A model generated the notes under the pieces. The model worked only from the letters and a program-made list of their open reading frames with translations. It was not told the origin of the DNA and did not search any database. A DNA stretch of 35,073 nt, from the IMG/VR virus record IMGVR_UViG_3300023055_000154, positions 1 to 35,073 of that record. One strand, 5' to 3'. This document shows, one piece after another, positions 8,111 to 17,545 of this stretch; the first letter of the stretch is position 1, and each line of letters starts with the position of its first letter. A program made the translations under genes and the position numbers. The stretch comes from a virus (lineage: Duplodnaviria > Caudoviricetes).

Positions 8111-8864
8111 AGCTAATCGATACTATATGTCAGTATCTCAATTTAAAAGTGCTATGCAATGTGAAGCAAGGTTTATTGCTGAGTTGAAGGGCGAATTTAT
8201 TCGTCCTTCATCTACAGCTCTAATTGTTGGTTCCTACACACATGCAGCTTTTGAAAGTGACCAAGCTTTTACCGAGTTTTGTGAGAAACATCATGACAGC
8301 ATCTTTAAAAGCCGTGGGGGAAAATATGCTGAGTTTGAACAAGCAGATAGTATGATAGAAACTTTAAAAAATGATCGATTTGCAATGTTTGCTTTAGATG
8401 GCGAAAAAGAGGTTATTCTTACTGGTGAACTTTTTGGAGTGCATTGGAAAATCAAAATTGATTCTATACACCATAATCGTAAATCATTTAGTGATTTAAA
8501 AACCACTCAGTGCCTTTATAAGCGTTATTGGAGTGAGAAATACAATAAGTATGTTTCCTTTGTTGAAGCTTATGATTATGTACTTCAAATGGCAGTATAT
8601 CGAGAAATAATCTATCAAAACACAGGTCAATATTATGATCCATATCTTGTTACAGTCACTAAGGAAACACCACCTGATAAGGAAATTTTGGAGTTTGAAA
8701 TACCTGATTTCGATTTTGAGTTGGAGTATGTAAAGACTTTGTTACCCAGCATTATTGAAGCGAAAAATTCTAGTAAAGAGCCGGTACGATGTGGAAAATG
8801 CGAATACTGCCGTATGACTAAACAACTCACTAGAACCATTAAAGTCGGCTATTTATTAGAATGA
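8061..8864 (+). CDS. PD-(D/E)XK exonuclease, RecE/DUF3799-like
   Basis: YMSVSQFK, GSYTH, KIKID...SDLKTT, YVLQMAVY, C-terminal CGKCEYC. Confidence 0.8.
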   Translation: MHQTKFQLNRLNYYSNEANRYYMSVSQFKSAMQCEARFIAELKGEFIRPSSTALIVGSYTHAAFESDQAFTEFCEKHHDSIFKSRGGKYAEFEQADSMIETLKNDRFAMFALDGEKEVILTGELFGVHWKIKIDSIHHNRKSFSDLKTTQCLYKRYWSEKYNKYVSFVEAYDYVLQMAVYREIIYQNTGQYYDPYLVTVTKETPPDKEILEFEIPDFDFELEYVKTLLPSIIEAKNSSKEPVRCGKCEYCRMTKQLTRTIKVGYLLE

Positions 8865-9040
8865 TGAACGAAGTTCCCACAAAGGTTTTATTACCTACTT
8901 GGATATTTCTACAGGCAGAAGGTAATCACGATGAAATCAGGCGCTTGGTGTTGCAGTACATGATCAGATATCCAAACTATCGAATTATCAAAGTTAGTGG
9001 TAGTTTCGCAATCTGTGAGCGAATAAATCATTTTTTATAG
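8861..9040 (+). CDS. Small hypothetical phage protein (59 aa), not in the ORF track
   Basis: MMNEVPTKVLLPTWIF...YMIRYPNYRIIKVSGSFAICERINHFL*. ATGA-coupled and fills the gap exactly. Confidence 0.7.
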   Translation: MMNEVPTKVLLPTWIFLQAEGNHDEIRRLVLQYMIRYPNYRIIKVSGSFAICERINHFL

Positions 9041-9051
9041 GAGGACACGAC

Positions 9052-9417
9052 ATGGAATGTCCGTATTGCTTTGGAGAACTAAAATTTGTAACAAGCAAGG
9101 AATTTTACGGTGAGGACTATGGCACAAATCTTTATGTTTGTTATGAATGTGATGCAAGAGTGGGCACACATGGACGAGGCAAGACACCATTAGGAACGCC
9201 TGCTAACAAAGAACTCCGTAACTTGCGTATGATTGCACATTCTCTGTTTGACCCCTTGTGGAAGGGCAAGCACCGAAAAATGGGAAGAATTAGAGCTTAT
9301 AGGGTGATGCAAGAACTTATGGATTTACCACCAAATATTGCGCATATCGCAATGTTTAATAAGGAACAGTGTCATAAATTTATCGTGAAATTGAAGGACT
9401 ATCGAGGGCTTAAATGA
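9052..9417 (+). CDS. Zinc-finger protein, DUF3268-like
   Basis: CPYC...CYECDARVGTH...PLGTPANKELR...AHSLFDPLW...AHIAMF. Confidence 0.8.
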   Translation: MECPYCFGELKFVTSKEFYGEDYGTNLYVCYECDARVGTHGRGKTPLGTPANKELRNLRMIAHSLFDPLWKGKHRKMGRIRAYRVMQELMDLPPNIAHIAMFNKEQCHKFIVKLKDYRGLK

Positions 9418-9433
9418 GCAAGGAGGAAACAGT

Positions 9434-10273
9434 ATGCAAGAAACAAACAACAGGGCATTTAAAGGGGTTTGGATACCAAAAGATATTTGGTTAGCACAGG
9501 ATTTAGGATGGACTGAAAAAATGGTGCTTGTCGAACTAGATAGTCTGAATGGTGAACAAGGCTGCTTCGCATCAAATAAATATCTTGCATCATTTTTTGG
9601 TCTTAGTATAGGACGTATTTCAAAAGTAATTTCAGCTTTGAAGGAAAAAGGTTATATCACAGTTGATATGCAGTACAAAAAAGGCACGAAAGAAATTGAT
9701 CGACGTATTATCAAAACGACTATAGGAGTATGGTCAGAAACAGCTACACCCCCTAGTCAAGAACAACCAGAGGCTATAGTCGAAAACGTCGATACCCCTA
9801 TGGTCGAAAACAGCCAAGATAATAATACAGGTTTTAATAATACATTTAATAATACAAATTATATAAAAACCAACCACCAACCTAATAACTTAATGCAGCA
9901 AGATAATACACCCACCCACGATCCTGGTTGGGGGCAGGTGGTCAACTTTTATCACATGAACATACATCCTACGCCAGCACCAATCGTTTATGAAAAGCTT
10001 GGCATGATGTATGACCTGTACCCAATAGCAGAACTGGTGCTAGAAGCTTTGCAAATAGCCGTTCTAAATCATGCAAAAAACCATATTCACTATGCTGAGC
10101 CAATCTTACTCCGTTGGCGTAGTCAAAATATAAAAACAGTGGAGCAAGCACGCTTTGAACAAAGGAAGGATGGACAACAACATGCAAGCAATAGGGGAAA
10201 ATCCATTTCTACAACAACTGATGCAGAGGAAAGACTTCGCAGAGAGACTGAACGCCTCAAAAAATTTTTATAA
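9434..10273 (+). CDS. Phage replication initiator (N-terminal winged HTH, C-terminal DnaD-like domain)
   Basis: FKGVWIPKDIWL, CFASNKYLA wHTH; C-terminal YAEPILLRWRSQNIKTVEQA; internal iterons. Confidence 0.88.
   Translation: MQETNNRAFKGVWIPKDIWLAQDLGWTEKMVLVELDSLNGEQGCFASNKYLASFFGLSIGRISKVISALKEKGYITVDMQYKKGTKEIDRRIIKTTIGVWSETATPPSQEQPEAIVENVDTPMVENSQDNNTGFNNTFNNTNYIKTNHQPNNLMQQDNTPTHDPGWGQVVNFYHMNIHPTPAPIVYEKLGMMYDLYPIAELVLEALQIAVLNHAKNHIHYAEPILLRWRSQNIKTVEQARFEQRKDGQQHASNRGKSISTTTDAEERLRRETERLKKFL
9729..9856. repeat. Putative phage replication origin (iterons plus AT-rich repeats)
   Basis: Four ~16-bp repeats, consensus TATRGTCRAAAACAGC, at 9729, 9752, 9775 and 9799 (23-24 bp period), then TAATAATACA three times at 9820, 9835 and 9847. 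Confidence 0.75.
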
Positions 10274-11126
10274 AGCAAAGGGGATTGAGTGTGAAACGCA
10301 GCCCAGTGAGAAATGCCCTTTTAACAAATGTGATGGTGGTGGCTTCTTAAAATTTATCAATTGGGAAAAAAAGATAGATGCCATTGACAATCCAGAAAAA
10401 TATCGCATGAAAAACCATGAAATTGAATGGATTGAAAAGTGTGATTGTCATGAAAAAATCGAGATGGACAAGCTTATTGCTGAAAGAGTATCAGCTGCAG
10501 GCATTCCTGAGAAATTTCATAAAGCTAAAGTTTTAGGGTTTCGGATAGATTGCTATAAATCACAAGAAAGTCGAGATGCTGCAGCTATTGCTCAAAAGAT
10601 GGCGAAACGATTTGTAGAGCGATTTGAGGAAATGGAGAACATCGGCAAAGGCTTGTTTTTATATAGCCGTACAAAAGGCAGTGGGAAAACGCGATTAGTT
10701 AGCAGTATAGCCAATGCCTTGCTAAGTAAGTATCAACGTAATGTTCTGTTTATCAAAGCTGCAGACATATCGGCACAGGTTCGTAAAACGTACAACAAAA
10801 AAGCTGAAATTACAGAAGAGGAAGTGCTAGAAGTCTTTCGATCTATTGAAGTGCTGGTGATTGATGATTTAGCTGTTGATGATGCGACAGGATATACAGA
10901 AGTTTTACTAGGTAAAATATTAGATCACCGTATGGACAGGCAACTAATAACACTTATTACTTCCAATCGCACATTGGACGAAATAGACAGCTTATATCAA
11001 AAGGGTATTGTTGGAAGTCGTGTTAAAAAGTTATGTTATGAGATTTTAATGCCAGAAGAATCAGTCCGAGACGATGAGGCTGAACAAGAAAAAGACCTGG
11101 TAGAAAAAATACTATTAGGCAACTAA
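10182..11126 (+). CDS. DnaC/IstB-like AAA+ helicase loader
   Basis: N-terminal Cys motifs, Walker A (KGSGKT), Walker B (VLVIDDL), TLITSN. Start could be 10170 or 10182. Confidence 0.9.
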   Translation: MQAIGENPFLQQLMQRKDFAERLNASKNFYKAKGIECETQPSEKCPFNKCDGGGFLKFINWEKKIDAIDNPEKYRMKNHEIEWIEKCDCHEKIEMDKLIAERVSAAGIPEKFHKAKVLGFRIDCYKSQESRDAAAIAQKMAKRFVERFEEMENIGKGLFLYSRTKGSGKTRLVSSIANALLSKYQRNVLFIKAADISAQVRKTYNKKAEITEEEVLEVFRSIEVLVIDDLAVDDATGYTEVLLGKILDHRMDRQLITLITSNRTLDEIDSLYQKGIVGSRVKKLCYEILMPEESVRDDEAEQEKDLVEKILLGN

Positions 11127-11144
11127 AACTAAATGAATTGAGGG

Positions 11145-11441
11145 TTGAATATGGCTTTTCAAATACCAACAGCGGACCATTTAAGACAGGTAGCTAACCA
11201 AGGTTACATCACATACCGTAAAAGTGTTTTAGAAGGAACTATGTTTAAAACAGTGCTACGAAAAATTGAGGATGCAGCAATGATTGGTGGCACAAGCTGG
11301 GAATGCGTAATCGAAACAGACGAGGAATATAGAGCATTAAAAGTCATTCAAGCAGAGTTACAAGGCCATGGATACGAATGTAATTTTAAATATTCCACCA
11401 CAACTCAACGACCTTGGTCCTTAGTTGTGAGCTGGGGGTGA
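11145..11441 (+). CDS. Hypothetical phage protein
   Basis: 98-aa ORF in the early operon. Confidence 0.65.
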   Translation: MNMAFQIPTADHLRQVANQGYITYRKSVLEGTMFKTVLRKIEDAAMIGGTSWECVIETDEEYRALKVIQAELQGHGYECNFKYSTTTQRPWSLVVSWG

Positions 11442-11445
11442 TGGT

Positions 11446-11667
11446 ATGACAGCATATATAAACAGCCATACAAATGGCAATGTGACTTATATTGGCTTTA
11501 CAACAATGCCATATGCAACGCTCTTTTGGTTAGTAGATAGTGTGAGAATGTATAAAACAAAATGTTACACGCCCACAGAGCTTGTAAATGCTATAACAAA
11601 TCGAACTCAGCTAACTAGCAAACTAACATTTGAAGTCGAATATCCAACAACAGGCGGTGAGATGTGA
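11446..11667 (+). CDS. Hypothetical phage protein
   Basis: RBS GGGGGTG, tightly packed with neighbours. Confidence 0.6.
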   Translation: MTAYINSHTNGNVTYIGFTTMPYATLFWLVDSVRMYKTKCYTPTELVNAITNRTQLTSKLTFEVEYPTTGGEM

Positions 11668-12164
11668 TGGATGGAAAGGAACACGCTATTGCTATGACAC
11701 ATGAGGGGCAAATGAACATATTTGAAGCATCGTATATGCAGGAACACACAGAAAAACAGGAGGAATCAAAGATGGTTGAACAAGCAATGGCGAAATTACA
11801 GGCAGAGCTTAGAGTTGAAGGAGTACATCCATACATTTCAGCAATTGGAAACTTTCTATTGGACTTTTTAAAAGATAATTCTGAATCTGCAGAAAAAATT
11901 ATGGTTAAGGATAAAACGATCATCGGTAGTATGAAGGCAATGCGTAAGATAGCTGAAAAGCAAAAAGTTGACAATTGTGCAGTTTTAACACCTGAGCAAG
12001 GGTATAAGGCGGTGCTAGATTACTTTGGTATCAAAACACCAGGTACTGCGCCGATTGTTAAGACAGTTACACCACCAACATTGAATAATGCAACAAAAGA
12101 GTCAGTTGCTACTGCTCCAAGACCTACACAACGTTTTGAAGCTTCACTGGACGAATTTTTATAA
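11664..12164 (+). CDS. PcfK-like protein
   Basis: KTIIGSMKAMRKIAEKQKVDNCAVLT..EQGYKAVLDYF resembles the PcfK pattern; immediately upstream of a PcfJ-like gene. Confidence 0.55.
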   Translation: MMDGKEHAIAMTHEGQMNIFEASYMQEHTEKQEESKMVEQAMAKLQAELRVEGVHPYISAIGNFLLDFLKDNSESAEKIMVKDKTIIGSMKAMRKIAEKQKVDNCAVLTPEQGYKAVLDYFGIKTPGTAPIVKTVTPPTLNNATKESVATAPRPTQRFEASLDEFL

Positions 12165-12167
12165 GGG

Positions 12168-13718
12168 GTGACACCGATGGAACACGATGAATTTATCGAA
12201 TCATTACTTGCACATTTTCCGGTCGAAGTACCTGAACATGTGCAGTATGAAGCAGAAGAAGGGGCATTACTATCAAGCCGATATATTTTTGTAAACAGTG
12301 GAAAGAAACCAACAGGTTACTGTACACATTGTCGAAATACGTTTCCTGTTGAAAATCCAATCAAGCAAGATGGGCAAGGTGAATGCCCAACATGTTTTTC
12401 GAAATGCAAGTATAAAAAAGCATGGTTAGGGAGAAAGACATTAATTGATACTGCTTGTATACTACATTGCCAAAAATCTGTATTGAATCCATCTGTGGTT
12501 ACAACGGAATGGCTATATGTTTCTCGGGATTATAGAGAGAGTTTCGAAAATGTGAGGACAGAGTATACACCTGTTGCGCGGTATGTATTCGACTATGAAC
12601 ATAAAGTCTGCCAAAAAATCGAGTGTGGTTATAGTGGACGATGGTGGGCAGAAGGTGGATTCAGCACCCCTAGCTTCTTACAAAATAGAGCGTTTATGTC
12701 CAGAAAAATCATGTACAGAACCTTTGAAGATGGTATAGCAGGGACACCTTTCCAATACAGCGGATGGCAACGATACAATTATGAAGATGTTTTAAAATAC
12801 CTGCCACTTTTTGTTAAATATCCGAGCATGGAAATTCTAACGAAAGCCGGATTAGATAATTTCGTAAAAGCGAAAATATATGGCTATAAAACTTTTAGCG
12901 CAATAAATTGGTCGAAATCAAAATTACATCACATTTTCAAAATGTCTAAGCAAGATTTTCAAATGTTAAGAGAGAATGATTTTGAAAACTCATTGTATTA
13001 CGTAAGTGATTTTCTTTTTAAGGCTTGGGTGCTTCAACAATGGCGCAAAGAAAAATCGAAAATGAATATAGATGAACTACAAAAAATCATGAAAAGCTTC
13101 AGTGTAGCAGACGACATGAAAACATTTAAATTTATCAGACGGTTCACTTCACTTCATCGCTTGTTTAATTACGCAAAAAAGCAATTTCAAAAGGATGAGA
13201 AACATTTTACAAGGCGTCATCAAGTATTGATTACCTGGCATGATTATTTAAATGATTGTCAAAAGTTAAATATTCACATAGATGATGCAATCATTTTTCC
13301 GAAAAGCTTACGAAAGGCACATGAAGAGACAATTAAACGTGTGAAGCATTATGAAGATGAGCTAATGCGTAAAAAAGCAAAGGAAAGATACGAAAAAATC
13401 AAGCATTATGAGTTTGAACTTGGACAATTAAAAATAGTTGTTCCACATACAACTAAAGAAATTATCGATGAGGGCAATAAATTGTCACATTGTGTTGGAG
13501 GGTATGCACAACGACATGTGGATGGCCAAACAACAATATTATTTGTTCGCAATATCAAAGAACCTGATGAACCATTTTACACAGTGGAAGTTAAAGACGG
13601 TAAAGTTTGGCAAATACGAGGCTTCAAAAATAAACCTGCAACAGAAGATGTACAAGCATTTGTTGATGAATTTAAAAAGCAAAAGCTTACTAACACGAAA
13701 GTGAGGAAAGCAGTATGA
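12168..13718 (+). CDS. PcfJ-domain protein
   Basis: N-terminal CTHC/CPTC zinc finger; C-terminal WHDYL...PKSLRKAHE...EGNKLSHCVGGY...ILFVR...PFYTVEV...QIRGFKN. Confidence 0.88.
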   Translation: MTPMEHDEFIESLLAHFPVEVPEHVQYEAEEGALLSSRYIFVNSGKKPTGYCTHCRNTFPVENPIKQDGQGECPTCFSKCKYKKAWLGRKTLIDTACILHCQKSVLNPSVVTTEWLYVSRDYRESFENVRTEYTPVARYVFDYEHKVCQKIECGYSGRWWAEGGFSTPSFLQNRAFMSRKIMYRTFEDGIAGTPFQYSGWQRYNYEDVLKYLPLFVKYPSMEILTKAGLDNFVKAKIYGYKTFSAINWSKSKLHHIFKMSKQDFQMLRENDFENSLYYVSDFLFKAWVLQQWRKEKSKMNIDELQKIMKSFSVADDMKTFKFIRRFTSLHRLFNYAKKQFQKDEKHFTRRHQVLITWHDYLNDCQKLNIHIDDAIIFPKSLRKAHEETIKRVKHYEDELMRKKAKERYEKIKHYEFELGQLKIVVPHTTKEIIDEGNKLSHCVGGYAQRHVDGQTTILFVRNIKEPDEPFYTVEVKDGKVWQIRGFKNKPATEDVQAFVDEFKKQKLTNTKVRKAV

Positions 13719-14581
13719 ACCAACTAACAACAGAGCGCTCCACAGATGTCATAGCAGCTGAAATAAATGCAATTAAGTATCAAACGCAAAATATGATGCT
13801 TCAGGCTTCGGCAGAAATAGGCAAGAGACTCACTGAGGCAAAGGCACAATTACAACATGGTGAATGGGGTAATTGGTTAAAAAATAATGTCGAATACAGT
13901 CAGTCTACTGCTAATAACTTAATGCAAATATATAAAGAATATGATCTAAATTCACAAACGTTTGTGGATTTAAGTTATTCGAAAGCTATCGCCCTTTTAG
14001 GAATCGATGCAGAAGAACGAGAGACTTTTATTCAAGAAAACAATGTTGATGAAATGTCAGCAAGGGAACTGCAGAAGGTCATCAAAGAGAAACAACAACT
14101 TGAAAAAAAAATGGCCAACCGCGAGACAGCTATTGCAAAAGAAAAAAAGCTACTCGAAAAGGATATACAAGAACTAACAATGCAACTTGAAAATGCACGA
14201 CAAAAGCACAACGAGAATGAAGTTTCTGAAAAAGAGATTAATAGACTCACACAAGAATTAGCAGTCGCTGAATCGAGAGCAAAGCAATTAGAAGCTGACC
14301 TTAAAGCTAAACCTCTTGAAGCTACAACAATAGAAGTTATTCCTGATGAAGTTCAAAAAGAACTGGATAGTTTACGAAAGAAGATGTCCGAATCATCCGA
14401 TCCATCTGAGGTTAAGTTCAAGGTAATGTTTGATTCATTGATAAAAACATTTGGAGCTACATTAGAAGCAGTAGAAGATATTTCAAACCATGACACACGT
14501 GTGAAATATAAAAACGCTATTCATAAGCTTATGGATAAGATGCGAGCAACGTTAGATGGGGGGAGCAACCAGTCATGTTAG
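13715..14581 (+). CDS. DUF3102-domain coiled-coil protein
   Basis: EIGKRLTEAKAQLQHGEWGNWL...YSQSTANNLMQIY. Confidence 0.85.
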   Translation: MNQLTTERSTDVIAAEINAIKYQTQNMMLQASAEIGKRLTEAKAQLQHGEWGNWLKNNVEYSQSTANNLMQIYKEYDLNSQTFVDLSYSKAIALLGIDAEERETFIQENNVDEMSARELQKVIKEKQQLEKKMANRETAIAKEKKLLEKDIQELTMQLENARQKHNENEVSEKEINRLTQELAVAESRAKQLEADLKAKPLEATTIEVIPDEVQKELDSLRKKMSESSDPSEVKFKVMFDSLIKTFGATLEAVEDISNHDTRVKYKNAIHKLMDKMRATLDGGSNQSC

Positions 14582-14832
14582 ACATCGTTAGAAAACGCCA
14601 GGTAGCAACCCGCAAGGACCACGAGTGTTTTGCGTGTATCAAGACAATCAAGAAAGGCGAGGAAGCTATTTATGTAACAGGTAAACAAGATAATCAGCAT
14701 ATACGAGTATATTTGCACCCAAAGTGCAATATAAAAACCGGAAAAAACTTAGCTGATGCCATTTATTACAAATGCGCTAATAAAATGACTATACCGAAAT
14801 GGATGGTACAAGAAACGAATAAAAAGTCATAG
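14575..14832 (+). CDS. Small putative zinc-binding protein
   Basis: TRKDHECFAC...IKKGE...HPKC. Confidence 0.65.
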   Translation: MLDIVRKRQVATRKDHECFACIKTIKKGEEAIYVTGKQDNQHIRVYLHPKCNIKTGKNLADAIYYKCANKMTIPKWMVQETNKKS

Positions 14833-14903
14833 CACTGCAATGCTATGACTCTCGCTCTCCTGTGGAGATTACTAACAGCATTATATCATAGGAGGGCAAA
14901 ACT

Positions 14904-15323
14904 ATGTTAAAAGAGAAAATACAACTAAATCGCTACCAACTAGACAAGGCAATTAAGAAGTATCATGACAACATGTGCAAGTACATGAGAATGAAGGATG
15001 AACTTGATTCTTTAACGGCTGCTGGAGCTACAACAAAGTATGGCATTGAGGCAACGATGCCTAAAGCTGTTGGAAATACAAGTGATCCAGTGCATGCACA
15101 CGTTCAAATTAGAGCTTCACGCGAGGTTCGTATTAATAAAATCAAAGATGAATTGTTGATGGTACAAAATCTAATCGATAAGGTAACTGGCGACATAGAG
15201 CAAGAAGTACTTTATTGGTTACTAGAGGGCATGCCTTTTCGTTGGATTGGTGCAAAGCTTAATATAAGCCATACGAGTGTACAGCGAGTGCGAGAACGAA
15301 TTTTAGATATGATGTTAAATTGA
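14904..15323 (+). CDS. Late-gene transcriptional activator (ArpU/RinA-like, sigma region 4-type HTH)
   Basis: Last early gene; C-terminal LEGMPFRWIGAKLNISHTSVQRVRERI HTH. Confidence 0.75.
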   Translation: MLKEKIQLNRYQLDKAIKKYHDNMCKYMRMKDELDSLTAAGATTKYGIEATMPKAVGNTSDPVHAHVQIRASREVRINKIKDELLMVQNLIDKVTGDIEQEVLYWLLEGMPFRWIGAKLNISHTSVQRVRERILDMMLN

Positions 15324-15334
15324 ATCAATAAAAA

Positions 15335-15372
15335 ACTTCATAAACCCTTAATATATCAAGGGTTTATGAAGT
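15335..15372. terminator. Terminator between the convergent activator and darT genes
   Basis: Perfect 15-bp stem ACTTCATAAACCCTT / AAGGGTTTATGAAGT with an A-run on the left and a T-rich tail on the right. Confidence 0.75.
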
Positions 15373-15393
15373 GATTTGTTTTTGTATCTAATA

Positions 15394-16389
15394 TTATCTG
15401 AATATAGTTTTGATGCTGGTATAAACCAAATTGTCATCGATAAAAAGACGTACCCTTGCTTTAAGTTGGCTTTTTAATTTATCCTTTGAAAAATGGGGTA
15501 GAATAATCCTGTCTTGGGAAAATATATATTCTTTATTAAAACCAGAATTTATTATTTCTCCTGACATTGATATTATTTCAGTATAAAATGCTCTTTTATA
15601 ATGATTTGGATTAATTATATTTATATTTAAAGTCTCTAATCCAAGTTCTACCGACTCAATAATCAAATAATCCTTTAAGAACATATTTTGAAATGCTTCA
15701 TGTTTAATAACCCCAATTTTATCATAATATTTCTTAATTTGATTTTCTGATAATAAGTCAAGAAGTGTCTCCCTTTCAGCATCAGTACGACATATAATTT
15801 GAACTAGTTCATCTAAATCACATTGTTGAGGGATGATTAGCTCTGCTTGCCGATTTTTCTTAATAAAATACTCTGTTTCAGGATTATATGAACCTTTATG
15901 ATAAATATACTTGAATGGAGCATTTGCAAAGTCTTCAGTTGTATTATATATATCTACATTATTGCTAGCTAATCCTTCATATGTAAATTGAGAATCTCCT
16001 CTATTTAGCATTTTCACAATATCAAATAATAAAAAAACCGGGACTGGGCAATGGGCTAAATGACCTGTATGAATTTCTTCTTTTGCTCTAATACCTTCAT
16101 TATGAAATTGTGTAGGAGTTAAAGGTCGAAAATAAAATCTTACAAAGTCTTTGATATCATTATCAGTACCGTCCATTACCGGTCTACTCGCATTATTATT
16201 TTCCATAAGATTTAATTGAATTGCCATTTTTCTACTATAAATAATTCCAGTTTCTAATATCTTAGCTATATTTTTCACATCACTGAAATGATATACGTAA
16301 TTTTTCCACCAACCGCAATTATTAGGTAAAAATTTCGTTACAAGATCACTATTTAAAATATCTTCGTATGTTAAAATAGATTTATTCAA
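15394..16389 (-). CDS. darT: DarT-family (DUF4433) ssDNA ADP-ribosyltransferase toxin with C-terminal extension
   Basis: YHFSDVKNIAKILETGIIYSR, VRFYFRPLTPTQF, PVFLLFD, and RQAELII with the putative catalytic Glu. TTG start; AT-rich. Confidence 0.85.
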   Translation of the reverse strand: MNKSILTYEDILNSDLVTKFLPNNCGWWKNYVYHFSDVKNIAKILETGIIYSRKMAIQLNLMENNNASRPVMDGTDNDIKDFVRFYFRPLTPTQFHNEGIRAKEEIHTGHLAHCPVPVFLLFDIVKMLNRGDSQFTYEGLASNNVDIYNTTEDFANAPFKYIYHKGSYNPETEYFIKKNRQAELIIPQQCDLDELVQIICRTDAERETLLDLLSENQIKKYYDKIGVIKHEAFQNMFLKDYLIIESVELGLETLNINIINPNHYKRAFYTEIISMSGEIINSGFNKEYIFSQDRIILPHFSKDKLKSQLKARVRLFIDDNLVYTSIKTIFR

Positions 16390-16478
16390 TATAACCCACC
16401 CCTAATTACCTATTTATTATAATGTAAACTATATTATCATATAAAAGGTATTAATATCCATGGAAGGAGTGTTATTTA

Positions 16479-17519
16479 ATGATAGAATTTAAAAAAATTA
16501 ACTTTTTTGATGAAATAAATAATTACGATGCGATTGTAAATACTGTTAATTCTGTTGGCGTTATGGGAAAAGGGATAGCCCTAGAATTTAAAAAAAGGTA
16601 TCCTGAAAATTTTATGGCTTATAAAAAAGCTTGTCAGTCAAAAGAATTGAAAATTGGTAAAAGCTTGGTTTTTTCTTTAAAAGATGATTTACTACATACT
16701 AGATTTATAATTAATTTCCCTACCAAATTGCATTGGAGAAATCCTTCGAAAATTGAATATATTGAGCAAGGTTTGGATGAATTAGTTGAAATAATAGAAG
16801 ACAAAGAAATTAAATCTATTTTAATGCCTGCATTAGGATGTGGTAATGGGAATCTTGATTGGGCTATTGTAAAGCCATTAATTAAGAAGAAATTAGAAGA
16901 TTTAAAGGATATTAGAATAACTGTCATTGAGCCAACGACCACTGCAATTACAAAGCCAAAGAAACCTAGACTTACAATTACTAGAAAAAAATTGCTACTT
17001 TTAATGAATGACTATAATAAAAATACAACTGCTGGTTTAATAACATATAAAGAGGTAAACCTTTTAAGTTATTTATTGACATATGTTGATCCGAAATTAA
17101 ACCTTAATTTTTCTTTATCATCGGTAGGGCCATATTGTAAAGACATTAATTCTATTCTAATTATTTTGAATGGATATTACATTACCCCTCAAAAAAACAA
17201 TTCTAAGATGAATTCAACACCTATAAAAGTTAATACAATTAATTTTCCAAAAAAAGCAGAAGTATTAAAGGATAAAGATTATTTATTAGTAAAAGAATTT
17301 ATCAAAGATTTTGAAAACCCAACTGAATTAATGTTACTTTGTGTTGTACATTGGTTTAAATTTAATGAGGGCATAACTGAAGATAATCTGTTTAGTAAAG
17401 TTCATGATTGGCTAAAATCTAGTTCTAATATAAATATAGAAGATAAACTAATTTTTAAAGCAATAAATAGAATAATTAAAATTTCAATTAATACTGAAAA
17501 CCTTAAATTTGATTTGTAA
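16479..17519 (+). CDS. darG: DarG-type macrodomain ADP-ribosylglycohydrolase antitoxin
   Basis: DAIVNTVNSVGVMGKGIALEFK, IINFPTKLHWR, PALGCGNGNLDW; DarG-like C-terminal region (GPY...LLCVVHW). RBS GGAAGGAG. Confidence 0.9.
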   Translation: MIEFKKINFFDEINNYDAIVNTVNSVGVMGKGIALEFKKRYPENFMAYKKACQSKELKIGKSLVFSLKDDLLHTRFIINFPTKLHWRNPSKIEYIEQGLDELVEIIEDKEIKSILMPALGCGNGNLDWAIVKPLIKKKLEDLKDIRITVIEPTTTAITKPKKPRLTITRKKLLLLMNDYNKNTTAGLITYKEVNLLSYLLTYVDPKLNLNFSLSSVGPYCKDINSILIILNGYYITPQKNNSKMNSTPIKVNTINFPKKAEVLKDKDYLLVKEFIKDFENPTELMLLCVVHWFKFNEGITEDNLFSKVHDWLKSSSNINIEDKLIFKAINRIIKISINTENLKFDL

Positions 17520-17545
17520 ATATTCTAAGCATTTTAAATAAAACT

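Noticed and set aside
9729-9856. Regularly spaced repeats as a possible CRISPR array
   Set aside because: Repeats are degenerate, spacers are only 7-8 bp, they lie inside the initiator gene, and there are no cas genes; they fit origin iterons.
16403-16430. TAATGTAAACT in the darT-darG spacer resembles a XerD arm
   Set aside because: The left arm does not match ACTTCCTAGAA and the region is very AT-rich; it may be chance or promoter sequence, so it is not called a dif site.
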